From NCBI GenBank assembly GCA_963681965.1, contig OY820579.1, positions 192,001-256,000 on the forward strand: a stretch of 64,000 bases of DNA, given 5' to 3'. Source of the DNA: a bacterium. Lineage in GTDB: Bacteria; Electryoneota; JAOADG01. The notes beneath the pieces are model-generated. The model did no database searches and had not been told where the DNA came from. It saw nothing but the letters and a program-made list of their open reading frames with translations. Positions 53,462 through 62,945 of this stretch are shown one piece after another. Each line of letters opens with the position of its first letter. Within the stretch, counting starts at the first letter, position 1. The translations under genes were made by a program, and so were the position numbers.

Positions 53462-54142
53462 TTAGCGGTCTTTTGGGGATGGAAGCCATCCAGTCTCGGT
53501 TCGCGGCCAAGGATCGGGAAATACAGTACTATCAGCCGCGATTTTCCATTCATCGGGCGTCATGTTGGGATCTTTTTTTCCATTGGTAGAAATTGCCCGA
53601 TGACTCACCACATTGACGATCGAATATTGCGCGCGCAACCATCGCACCAATTCGCCGCAGGCTTTTAGTTGAGCTTCCGGATAGGCAATCCGTTCACTCC
53701 CCTCGCCATTCCAAACATGAATAAGTTCAATACCGATCGAAAATGGATTGTGATTCGGTTTCGCATGTTGTGCGTGCTTTGCTGCTTCCGTTACCGGCAC
53801 AACTTCGATGATTCGACCATTCGGTTCAATGGCAAAGTGCGGTGCGGCATGATATCGATCCCATACTTTTCGCAACCGTCGATAGGTTAAGTCGTCGGGA
53901 TGTTTCGGATCGAAACTGGCGTGCAGCACAATCGTAGTAATCGGCGATCGCTGCCGGTCTTCGAACCAAGTCGACCAATATTTACTGTTGCTGATAATGA
54001 CGGGCTTTTTTACCGAAGCCGAATCGCTGCTTTTCAATGAATCGGTCAATCCAGCAGCAAAGCCGATACTGGTTGCGATGAGTGCAACCAGTACCGGTAA
54101 GATCTGATGCAAGTAGTCGTGTAATCTCACGCCATTACTCAA
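53462..54142 (-). CDS. N-acetylmuramoyl-L-alanine amidase (Amidase_2)
   Basis: IVLHAS, HFAI..NG.I, SIGIEL and SHRAIS...KKDP. Confidence 0.82.
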   Translation of the reverse strand: MSNGVRLHDYLHQILPVLVALIATSIGFAAGLTDSLKSSDSASVKKPVIISNSKYWSTWFEDRQRSPITTIVLHASFDPKHPDDLTYRRLRKVWDRYHAAPHFAIEPNGRIIEVVPVTEAAKHAQHAKPNHNPFSIGIELIHVWNGEGSERIAYPEAQLKACGELVRWLRAQYSIVNVVSHRAISTNGKKDPNMTPDEWKIAADSTVFPDPWPRTETGWLPSPKDR

Positions 54143-55616
54143 CGTGCCACCAGTTGGTTAATTTGGGGGTCACTGTTTTCGCTTCTTCGAATTCCGTGAT
54201 TAAGGTTTCGCGGGTAGGCATTCCGGTGTCGACTACAACCGATGGATCCAATTTGAAACCGAAGTATTTATCCCATTGCGCAACGACATAACTATTGGTC
54301 GCAATGGAATACTTTTTCGAAGGATCGACAGCAACACCATTCACTTCCAATGAGACAACTTTTTTATTTTTTATTTGGACTTTCAATCCGGACGTTTGAA
54401 TGAAATCGCCGAGTTGTGTCGATCGAAATTCCATCATTTTCACCAAATCTTTGCCGGTAACGGTAACTTTCGTCGTTGAGTTACCAAATGGCTCCATCGA
54501 CCATAGATGGCGTTTTGTCACTTTTCCCGCGAGGATGTCGACGCGAATGCCACCAGAGTTATACAACCCAATATCGCAAGAGATACGCCGTTTTAACGTC
54601 TCACAGACCCAATTTCCGACATTCGATTCACCGGAGAACATCCGCTTGAAATCGTCAGTCAGTGAACCCACTTCTTTGTCAAGTGCTTTCGAAACCAATG
54701 CTTCCTGTTCGTTAACAACTTTCACCATATTGGAGTCGACTGGGGAACCATAACTTTGACCGAGCGGTACTGTCGATGCTGTACTTTGAACCACGCTATG
54801 AGTCGTGGTATCAACCAATAAATCTACTCGACCGAGATAATAGCCATAGTTGCCGGCTTGCACGATTTGCGTGCTGTTTACTTTCACACCATTCACGAGA
54901 TAGGTATGACTGTGCCCGCCAACAATTACATCGATTCCCGGCACATGGGCTGCCAGCACGCTATCGTCGTATACCCCTTGATGCGTCAGGCAGGCAATTA
55001 CATCGACCTTCTTGCGCATACTATCGACAAACGCCCGCGCGATTGGTTCGACTGGAACGACACTAATATTCTTCAAACTGGATGGATGAACCAATTCTCC
55101 CAATCCCTCGGTTGTCAGTGCCAGTACGCCGATCTTGACTCCTTTACGGTCGAAGACTTTCGCCGCTGTAAATAAAGGGTCACTATTGTCGCGTTGTATA
55201 ATATTTGCAGAAGCTAGTGTCGTAGCACTATCCAATGAGAATTGGAAGGCTTTCAATGCCGATAATCCGTAATCGAATTCGTGGTTTCCCAAGCACATCA
55301 TATCGGGTTTCAATACTTTCAGGATGTCGGATTGACTCTTGCCCTGAGTAAATGCGCTGATTGGTCCACCGGTAAATTCGTCACCAGCATCCAGAAGCAA
55401 TGATCGTTCACATTCGGAACGCCATTTGGCAACTTGTCCCGCCAAATAAATCGAACCACCGACCGTATCGATCTTTCCCGTTGCCCGATTCTTAACAATC
55501 TGCGGACTATTGAACGAATGCTCGTCATTATAGTGGAATATGCTAAGATTTAATGGTTTTGCTGCTTGCGAGGTGATAGTCAATGCGATCCAGAGCAGGA
55601 AGGCAATTTTTCTCAT
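54135..55616 (-). CDS. Secreted 5'-nucleotidase
   Basis: HYNDEH, LDAGD, GNHEFD, GGHSH, NSGGIR and PFGN. Confidence 0.9.
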   Translation of the reverse strand: MRKIAFLLWIALTITSQAAKPLNLSIFHYNDEHSFNSPQIVKNRATGKIDTVGGSIYLAGQVAKWRSECERSLLLDAGDEFTGGPISAFTQGKSQSDILKVLKPDMMCLGNHEFDYGLSALKAFQFSLDSATTLASANIIQRDNSDPLFTAAKVFDRKGVKIGVLALTTEGLGELVHPSSLKNISVVPVEPIARAFVDSMRKKVDVIACLTHQGVYDDSVLAAHVPGIDVIVGGHSHTYLVNGVKVNSTQIVQAGNYGYYLGRVDLLVDTTTHSVVQSTASTVPLGQSYGSPVDSNMVKVVNEQEALVSKALDKEVGSLTDDFKRMFSGESNVGNWVCETLKRRISCDIGLYNSGGIRVDILAGKVTKRHLWSMEPFGNSTTKVTVTGKDLVKMMEFRSTQLGDFIQTSGLKVQIKNKKVVSLEVNGVAVDPSKKYSIATNSYVVAQWDKYFGFKLDPSVVVDTGMPTRETLITEFEEAKTVTPKLTNWWHVE

Positions 55617-55787
55617 TTCGGTTTCTCCGGTTAACGCCTTATTTTATCAAAAAAAAGTTGCCAGACAAAGTAAAACTTCACATTCTTGTGATTCGTTATT
55701 CAAATCCCGAAAAATAAATACCGCTCTGAAATACTTCGCTTCCAGCTTCCAAGAGCGTATCTTTTGCCCAGTCTAACGAAAAGCGAT

Positions 55788-57200
55788 ATGAATTATCACC
55801 TAGCAGTCAGCGATTACAGCGTCATCATCGGTTATTTCGCCATCTCGATTGTGGCGGGTATGTTTGCATTCCGCAGCGCTAGACACGGTGCCGAAGATTT
55901 TCTAGTCGCTAGTCGCAAGGTAACACTCCCCGCCTTCGTGGCAACCACTGTATCCACATTCTACGGTGGAATTCTCGGAGTCGGTGAATACTCCTACCTG
56001 TACGGTCTCTCCAACTGGTTTGTGTTTGGACTACCCTATTACATCTATGCACTGATTTTTGCTTGGAAATTAGCCGGTACCGCGAACAAAGCGCGCCTGC
56101 TGAGTATCCCCGATCAATTGGAAAAAGCCTATGGTCGCCCGGCAGCCATGCTTGGTGCGGGATTTTTATTCTTCTCGACGGTTCCCGGCGCTTATGTCCT
56201 GATGGTTGCCACACTGCTGCAAATGGCGTTTGGGCTATCCTTTGCGGTTGCTTTACTCATTGCAGTCATTACCTCATCGGTGTATATCGTCACCGGGGGA
56301 CTGAAATCGGTTGTCTATGCCGATATCGTACAATTTATCCTTATGTTTGCCGGATTTATCGTTATTGTCGCAGTAGCGATTTATTCTCTCGGTGGGATCG
56401 GCTATCTACAGCAGCACATTCCACCGACTCATTTTTCGCCTACTGGCGGACAATCGATTGCGGCGATACTGGTTTGGTACTTCATCGCGATGACGACACT
56501 AGTCGAACCAGCATTTTACCAACGCTGTTTTGCCGCGGAATCACCGAAGACGGCGCGGAACGGAATGCTCTGGTCGGTGGTATTCTGGTTCATCTTCGAT
56601 TTTCTGACGACGACTTCTGGAATGTACGCCCGCGCACTATTTCCCACCCTCGAACAGCCAACCCAAAGTTATGCCCTACTCGCCGATGCAATCCTTCCAC
56701 CGATTTTGAAAGGGTTGTTTTGGACAGCGATGTTCGCTACGGTTATGTCGACCGTTAACTCCTATTCATTTCTTGCGGCAATCACGCTCGGACGGGATCT
56801 GATCGGTCGAATGCTCCCGGAGCAACTCCGATCCGAGAAACAGACAACCCGCCTAACACAGATCGGTTTGCTCATTTCACTGGTAATTGCCGCGATTATC
56901 GCCTCACTTAACGACAGCGTGGTTGAGATCTGGCGTGAATTCGGGTCGGTATTCGGTCCGGCACTTGTTCTACCACTTCTATCGAGTTGGCGGGAACGCT
57001 GGCGGATGAAGCCGCGAGTAGCTTTTTGGGCAATGTTATCGACCTTTCTTATCTCATTCGCCTGGACGATGTCGAAACATGGCACCGCCGATAGTAAATA
57101 TCTATTCGGCATTGAACCGATCTATCCTGCCATAATCGTCGCGTTAACCTTCTGGTTAATCAGTGTCAGGAAACAATTGTTCACGAGTCGAATGCAATAA
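55788..57200 (+). CDS. Sodium:solute symporter family protein
   Basis: Many TM segments; DFLVASR, GGLKSVVYADIVQF, YQRCFAA and VMSTVNS. Confidence 0.9.
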   Translation: MNYHLAVSDYSVIIGYFAISIVAGMFAFRSARHGAEDFLVASRKVTLPAFVATTVSTFYGGILGVGEYSYLYGLSNWFVFGLPYYIYALIFAWKLAGTANKARLLSIPDQLEKAYGRPAAMLGAGFLFFSTVPGAYVLMVATLLQMAFGLSFAVALLIAVITSSVYIVTGGLKSVVYADIVQFILMFAGFIVIVAVAIYSLGGIGYLQQHIPPTHFSPTGGQSIAAILVWYFIAMTTLVEPAFYQRCFAAESPKTARNGMLWSVVFWFIFDFLTTTSGMYARALFPTLEQPTQSYALLADAILPPILKGLFWTAMFATVMSTVNSYSFLAAITLGRDLIGRMLPEQLRSEKQTTRLTQIGLLISLVIAAIIASLNDSVVEIWREFGSVFGPALVLPLLSSWRERWRMKPRVAFWAMLSTFLISFAWTMSKHGTADSKYLFGIEPIYPAIIVALTFWLISVRKQLFTSRMQ

Positions 57201-57310
57201 ATATCATTTACGATCTAATTCACAATAAATTTTCACGCTACCGTCCGAATCCATTCCAAATACACGATTCTTGTTATACTATATATTTCACCCACTAAAA
57301 AGGAGACGCT

Positions 57311-58972
57311 ATGTTATCACACAATCGATTGGTGCTGTTAGCGATCGCATTACTCTACGTCACTAGTTGTGTGATATCTGCCAACGCCGTCGTTGTCGGC
57401 GATACGGCAACCTTTTGGGTGACTAGCTTCCAAAATTATCCGCTGGTAGTACCGAATAGCGATAAGTATCAGACGCAATTCACCTGCCGCGCCGTAACCG
57501 ATCACGCCTACATTTTTGTTCAAGACAGTGCGTGGGGTACTGGATTGATGGTCGTGACACAGACTCATGTGAACGATCTCGTGACAGCATTGGAAACACG
57601 AACACCTTCTCGAACCGATTCCGGACTGATGGCTACGATCCCCTCGACCTGTGGAGCATTCCCAAATGCACTCGATCGCGATCCGAAAGTATACATTGTC
57701 GTCACCCGATTTCACGATGCAATAGGTGGGTTGCTCTTTCCGGGATTTTTCGATGCTGCCAATCAGATGTCGTCGACCATCTCGCGAATTCTCCAACTTG
57801 GGTATTCCAATCAACGTGAGATGGTCTATGTGAATGCGAACTATGTACAATTGCCGTTAAATACCGGTCGATCACAGGCACACGGCGGTCTCTGTATGTC
57901 GCTCGCACAACTGGCATTGTATGCGCGCGATGCATTGGAACAGCCACTCGGTACCGATGGTATCCCGGAATGGTTGAAACTGAAAAACGGATATCCCAAT
58001 ACTTCCGGGGTGGGCTTCTCCTATCCCCAACAGTTTTGGACAATGTATGCCACCCGGTTAAATCCCGATATCGTATCGTATCAATATCTCGATATAACCT
58101 CGCGAGGCGCGTATCAAGGGGCATTTCTTACCTTCTGGCAGTATGTCGCAGAACAACTTGGCGATTCGGCAGTAAGACGGGTTGCGGTAAACTCCGGGAT
58201 CGGCTCAAGCGGATTTAATAATGCATTGTCGTATTCCAGCCGAACCTTTCAATCGATGTTCGAAGACTGGGCAATTTCGAATAAGTTAGACGATTCCACC
58301 GTTGCCGGCGCCAGGTATATTCAGCGACACTACAACCCCAGCATCGCTAATGCCTCAACAACTTCTAGTTATCCCGACAGTGTCGTTGGTGACACGCTCC
58401 CGGGTTACGCGACACGGTATCACCGCTTCATCAATTATTCGGTATCGTCTCCGAATTATCTTCGTACGGTATTTCATGTAACGACTGGTGGACCGTACAA
58501 GTTGTTTGTCATACAGAGCAATGGTTCATCTCCGCGAACTCTGCGGGAAGTGACAGTTTCAAACAATCAAGCGGTCATCGAGCTACTCGGCAGCGAATCG
58601 ACACTATGTGTCATCAACGAACAGACATTGGGTAGCGGTACTTACACCATAATCACCGATGTGCTGACACCAGTTAACGAAAAACCGTCGGTTCAATCGC
58701 CGGATGCGAGCTTTGGTTGGAGTTCATCCGGAGAGTTCGGAAGCGGGTCGTTGGGATCATTGCATCTTCGGACACCGAATCACGGTGCCATCACAATATC
58801 AGCATTCGATGTCTTGGGTAGACTGGTTGATCGAAGAGTATTTCAATCAAACAGTACCGGATTAACGATCGCACCGAATCAGTTCTTACAGGGACGTAAC
58901 AATGGTTGCTACTTCCTACAAGCGGAGATGAGTGGTAGAAGAGCAGTAACAAAAGTGGTTTGGATGAAATAG
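57311..58972 (+). CDS. Secreted metallopeptidase-fold-like protein without HExxH, divergent C-terminal secretion domain
   Basis: CRAVTDHAYIFV, DRDPKVYIV, GFFD..NQ, SNQREMVYVN and FLTFWQY..EQLG; ends FDVLGR...GCYFLQ...KVVWMK. Confidence 0.65.
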   Translation: MLSHNRLVLLAIALLYVTSCVISANAVVVGDTATFWVTSFQNYPLVVPNSDKYQTQFTCRAVTDHAYIFVQDSAWGTGLMVVTQTHVNDLVTALETRTPSRTDSGLMATIPSTCGAFPNALDRDPKVYIVVTRFHDAIGGLLFPGFFDAANQMSSTISRILQLGYSNQREMVYVNANYVQLPLNTGRSQAHGGLCMSLAQLALYARDALEQPLGTDGIPEWLKLKNGYPNTSGVGFSYPQQFWTMYATRLNPDIVSYQYLDITSRGAYQGAFLTFWQYVAEQLGDSAVRRVAVNSGIGSSGFNNALSYSSRTFQSMFEDWAISNKLDDSTVAGARYIQRHYNPSIANASTTSSYPDSVVGDTLPGYATRYHRFINYSVSSPNYLRTVFHVTTGGPYKLFVIQSNGSSPRTLREVTVSNNQAVIELLGSESTLCVINEQTLGSGTYTIITDVLTPVNEKPSVQSPDASFGWSSSGEFGSGSLGSLHLRTPNHGAITISAFDVLGRLVDRRVFQSNSTGLTIAPNQFLQGRNNGCYFLQAEMSGRRAVTKVVWMK

Positions 58973-59001
58973 ATCGATGTGTAGGTACTTGGCTGGACAT
59001 G

Positions 59002-59040
59002 AAGCCCCCTCCCGATTTATTCGGGAGGGGGTTTTCTTTT
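59002..59040. terminator. Intrinsic terminator between convergent genes
   Basis: AAGCCCCCTCCCGA-tttat-TCGGGAGGGGGTTTTCTTTT. Confidence 0.8.
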
Positions 59041-60450
59041 CTACTTCTGTGAAAATTTCAGAACTTCGATTTCACCCTGTCGAGCATAATCGATCGCCTC
59101 GGCAAGGACGCGTGCCGATTCCTGATTGGCATGGAAACCCATCGAATTTTCGGCATTGACAAAGTCGCAGAACCATTGGGCTTTACGATTGAAATCCCGT
59201 GCTTTTTCAAGCTGTTGATCGGTTGCTCCGGATTTTTGCGCTTTGTCGATCACTCGAATCAAATTAACCAGCGCATTCTCGGCACGATCCAGCATCTCTT
59301 TATTCTGATTCTGGATGTGATCGACTCGATTGATGAGTTCCGCTTCCGGAACAGCATGGCAAACCTGACAGGCGCGATTGACATTTAATAGTGGACTGCG
59401 CACTTGATGATCGCTGATCTTCACGGCACCTTGGCGCATATAAGGCATGTGGCAATCGGCACACGCGACTCCGGCTCGCGAGTGAATACCTTGAGTGAAG
59501 GTTTCGAATTCCGGATGCTGTGCTTTCAAAACTGGCGCATTGCTGATAGCGTGCTTCCAATCGAAAAACTTGACGGTATCGTAATATGCCAGGATCTTCT
59601 CAGGCTGCAAGCCATTGTGCCAAGGGTAAGTCAGCAATTTATGATCGCCTTTGAAATAATACTCGACGTGACACTGACCGCAAACGAAAGTACGCATTTC
59701 CTGCCGACTGGCGAGTTTATTGGGATCATACGCTTCACTATGGTGCGATTTCCGCCAGCGTTCAATACTGGGATATTGCGGCAGTGGATCATTTGATTCC
59801 GCTAAACGTGCAATACCGTTAAGAAAACCGGGACGCCAAACGCGCAATTGCATCGTTTTCGGATCGTGACAATCGATACAAGCAACTGGATGTGAAACCA
59901 ATTTCGTTGCGGAATCGAATGGCATTGCACAGACAATTTCAAATCCTTTTTTAATGGCATCCAAGCGATCCCACTCTTTGTCCGATGCGCCATTCTTGAC
60001 ACCGACATCGCGATACATCTTCAAAACCGAACCGTGACATTGGATACAAGCTCCCGGCTGTTTCTTCTTAAGAACGCGCTCAGTCTGGCGTTGATCACTG
60101 AGCATATAAGCGTGCCCGCGCTCTTCGCGATAGTCGATCGAGAAGGCGTAACCGGCAAAGATCTCGCGCAATCGGGGATCGTTATCAAGTTTCGAAAATG
60201 CTTCACTTCCACCGTATTTCGTGCGAATCGTGTCCACGGTGCGGAGATATTGATCGTACTGAAACGGAAAGTTACGACCCCAAATTGCAGGATCGACAAT
60301 ATCTTCCGACAAATTCGCAATCCGGAAACCGACCTCTTTCGCTTCTTGTTTGTGTTGCGCGATGCTCTCCAAGAGAAACATAACCGCAACGGTAAGCACA
60401 AGTATCACCCCGAAAATTGCTATACGTTTCATCAGCAGCGTTTTATTCAT
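59041..60450 (-). CDS. nrfA: Pentaheme cytochrome c nitrite reductase NrfA (CxxCH heme-1 variant)
   Basis: AGYAFSIDY.E.RGH, five CxxCH motifs, CGQCHVEYYF, KAQHPEFE and ENSMGFH. Confidence 0.95.
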   Translation of the reverse strand: MNKTLLMKRIAIFGVILVLTVAVMFLLESIAQHKQEAKEVGFRIANLSEDIVDPAIWGRNFPFQYDQYLRTVDTIRTKYGGSEAFSKLDNDPRLREIFAGYAFSIDYREERGHAYMLSDQRQTERVLKKKQPGACIQCHGSVLKMYRDVGVKNGASDKEWDRLDAIKKGFEIVCAMPFDSATKLVSHPVACIDCHDPKTMQLRVWRPGFLNGIARLAESNDPLPQYPSIERWRKSHHSEAYDPNKLASRQEMRTFVCGQCHVEYYFKGDHKLLTYPWHNGLQPEKILAYYDTVKFFDWKHAISNAPVLKAQHPEFETFTQGIHSRAGVACADCHMPYMRQGAVKISDHQVRSPLLNVNRACQVCHAVPEAELINRVDHIQNQNKEMLDRAENALVNLIRVIDKAQKSGATDQQLEKARDFNRKAQWFCDFVNAENSMGFHANQESARVLAEAIDYARQGEIEVLKFSQK

Positions 60451-60461
60451 TTTCGATTCCT

Positions 60462-60929
60462 TTATTTTGTTGGTCCGTGACCGACACTCCGGTGACAATT
60501 CAGGCAGTCGAGTTGCTCATTTGGTTTGTTTGTTCCCGGATGCAGTTCGCGAATTAATCCACTGTGGCAACGAACACAGTTGTGCAAAACGACGTTTGTA
60601 CTGCTTGACTTCATTTCAATCGGTTCGTGAAAATTCATTAATGTAAATGCCGCCGAATGCCGGTAACCGTGTTCGGCTTTAGTATAGTATTTCATCGCTA
60701 ACGTTTGGGGAACGTGGCAATCGTTGCAGGTCGCGAAGGCGTGATGTGTTGCTTTCTGCCAACCGTCGAACTGTTCGCGCATCACATGACAATTGGTGCA
60801 AGCGGTTGGATCGTTCGAGAGATAAGAATATCCTTTGGCATAATAAAAGGTATATGCCGACACTCCGGCAAAGAGCCCAAGTAGTGCCGCTAATACTGTA
60901 CCGAAATAATAATTGAAGAATTTTCTCAT
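60462..60929 (-). CDS. nrfH: Tetraheme quinol dehydrogenase NrfH
   Basis: N-terminal TM; YLSNDPTACTNCHVM, CNDCHVP, CVRCH and CLNCHRSVGHG. Confidence 0.95.
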   Translation of the reverse strand: MRKFFNYYFGTVLAALLGLFAGVSAYTFYYAKGYSYLSNDPTACTNCHVMREQFDGWQKATHHAFATCNDCHVPQTLAMKYYTKAEHGYRHSAAFTLMNFHEPIEMKSSSTNVVLHNCVRCHSGLIRELHPGTNKPNEQLDCLNCHRSVGHGPTK

Positions 60930-61045
60930 CGGGTAACTCTGGTCCAATCGACCGGGATGATGAAGACCGTGAATATTTTACCAATCTAAAGTGCGATCTG
61001 ATACTAGAAATTCACTAAATGGTAATCAATTCGTGAAGAATATTT

Positions 61046-61059
61046 TTGACGAAAATCAA
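61046..61059. promoter_or_regulatory. FNR/DNR-type box TTGAC-GAAA-ATCAA upstream of nrfH
   Basis: One mismatch to TTGAT-N4-ATCAA, about 120 nt before the nrfH start. Confidence 0.7.
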
Positions 61060-61069
61060 AAAGGTGTTC

Positions 61070-61768
61070 TTATTCCAAAGGTGGCAACAACATGGCTTCC
61101 AAGCGCTTGGGATCGCAGAGTTGAAACGAGCGCCCTTTGACTTTGATTAGTCCTTCTTCCTGAAGCTTTCGCAGCGTTCGGGAGAGCGTGGCTTGATTCA
61201 TGTTGAGCATTTGCGCCATATCGGCTTTACGGAAATGGAGTTGCACCGATCTCGTTTCCGATTTTTTCGATTCCGGAGTTTCTTCATTCAATAAAAAGCG
61301 GATCACTCGGGAACTGGCATCGTTCTGAACTACAGTATCCAATTGTTCAACGAGGCGTTCGAGCCAGGTTGCCATCAATTGCATTAGAAATTTGGAGAAT
61401 TCCGGATCGGAAGCAAGATGTTCCATCACAGCGGACTTGGGAAGATAAACCAGTTCACAGTCGGTATCAGTCACCGCGGTTACCGGGAAGCGACCGAGAA
61501 AAATCGCCGCTTCGGCGAATGATTGCGTCGGTTCGGCAAAGTGAACGACGATCTCACGCCCATCGGCACGGTAGCGCAGTAATTTTACGATCCCTTTCGA
61601 GACAACATAAAAACCCTCGGCGGGATCCTGCTCGCTGAAAATGATTGTTCCTGCTTCCCAATGCTTGAGTCGTAAGAACGGAACAACTTTTTCAATTCGA
61701 TCGCGGGATATAATTTTTCCCAGCGAGCTTCGTAATACAATGTCGAGAATTTCGGACGTTGAGGACAT
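61070..61768 (-). CDS. Crp/Fnr-family regulator (Dnr/HcpR-like)
   Basis: cNMP-like domain IFSEQDPAEGFYVV...FAEAAIF; HTH MAQMLNMNQATLSRTLRKL; no FNR Cys cluster. Confidence 0.9.
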   Translation of the reverse strand: MSSTSEILDIVLRSSLGKIISRDRIEKVVPFLRLKHWEAGTIIFSEQDPAEGFYVVSKGIVKLLRYRADGREIVVHFAEPTQSFAEAAIFLGRFPVTAVTDTDCELVYLPKSAVMEHLASDPEFSKFLMQLMATWLERLVEQLDTVVQNDASSRVIRFLLNEETPESKKSETRSVQLHFRKADMAQMLNMNQATLSRTLRKLQEEGLIKVKGRSFQLCDPKRLEAMLLPPLE

Positions 61769-61892
61769 GGCGACCTGAATTGTTACTGGTATGAACAATA
61801 TAAAGAATATTGATCATCTGCCATCAATTGTATGGGTTATTACAAAAAATGGTTTTTGAGAACACCAAAGTTAAATAAAATAACCGAAACTG

Positions 61893-62606
61893 TTAAGCAA
61901 TTGTGTGTTCGATTAGTGCACTGGCTCGCGGAAACAGGATGTTATTCTCTTTATGAATGTGTTCATGAATATCCTGCTCCATTGCCGACAACCCATCCAA
62001 CATTGCCCGGTAACTGTTACACGCGTCGGACGGCGGGAAGTAATTATTAGTCATCTTTCGGATTTGCTGAAGATCAGCCCCAGCAGTGTCGTGTTCTTTG
62101 ATCAGCGAGTGCAATACTTCACCTGTATTCTCAATTTCAGTGCTAATTTTAGAATGACTCAATAATTCTTTAATTGTTGGAAATAAGACTTTTTCTTCGC
62201 TCTGAAGATGCCCTTCCAGTGCAATGCGGAATACTTCGAAAAACTGCTTTAGCTGCTTAAGTTCAGGATGACCATCGGCATGTCGATCGCTGACTTTAGC
62301 TACCAGTGCCGATAACCTCGGCAATTCCTCGCGCAAATACTCGTGATGTTTCGAAACAATATGGTCGACTAACAATTCCACTGGTTGATTACGCCAATCG
62401 ATGTTAATCTCGGCAGTAGCCAACCGATCGAATTCTTCGAGTGCCGCTTCCACCGTTTTGACATCACGCTTCTGCTCGGTACAAGCGTCCAATAAATTCT
62501 TGTTGCCACCGCAGCAGTAATCGAGACCGATTTTCTCGAAGAATCTTGCGCGTGCAGGTTGCTCGGCAACCAATTCACCAAGACTCGTCGATAGATAATT
62601 TCCCAT
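61893..62606 (-). CDS. ric: Iron-sulfur cluster repair di-iron protein (RIC/YtfE/ScdA)
   Basis: GLDYCCGG, HHEYLR, H...EE.VLFP, EHD and HIHKENNILFP. Confidence 0.95.
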   Translation of the reverse strand: MGNYLSTSLGELVAEQPARARFFEKIGLDYCCGGNKNLLDACTEQKRDVKTVEAALEEFDRLATAEINIDWRNQPVELLVDHIVSKHHEYLREELPRLSALVAKVSDRHADGHPELKQLKQFFEVFRIALEGHLQSEEKVLFPTIKELLSHSKISTEIENTGEVLHSLIKEHDTAGADLQQIRKMTNNYFPPSDACNSYRAMLDGLSAMEQDIHEHIHKENNILFPRASALIEHTIA

Positions 62607-62709
62607 TATTACCTCTGAGAATGCTTATTACTTAATAAACAGCAAATTTGTATAACACCGTTGCTGAACACGTATCAATAGATGTTACGAATCCAAAACC
62701 AGTATTTTT

Positions 62710-62723
62710 TTGATATTCATCAA
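62710..62723. promoter_or_regulatory. Perfect FNR/DNR box TTGAT-ATTC-ATCAA
   Basis: Exact consensus in the divergent ric / hemerythrin-PAS intergenic region. Confidence 0.8.
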
Positions 62724-62787
62724 TTTTCTTTCCATACCGCCCTATTGAGTCGATCACCAGATGAATTTCTATTTTACGATTCTGATT

Positions 62788-62801
62788 TTGATTATTATCA
62801 A
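62788..62801. promoter_or_regulatory. Perfect FNR/DNR box TTGAT-TATT-ATCAA
   Basis: Second exact consensus, 78 nt from the first. Confidence 0.8.
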
Positions 62802-62945
62802 AAACCCATACAACTGTCTTTCGTATTTATTACCGAGCACACTATTCACAATGTATCGACCGATAAATCAGTCAGATTGATTTAAGCTTCGGTTTCAACC
62901 AATAACTGAATCGATACTTACACAGTACTAATACAAGAGGAACCA

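Noticed and set aside
55617-55787. Riboswitch (for example TPP) before the sodium:solute symporter
   Set aside because: No conserved aptamer motif was recognised in this short AT-rich divergent region.
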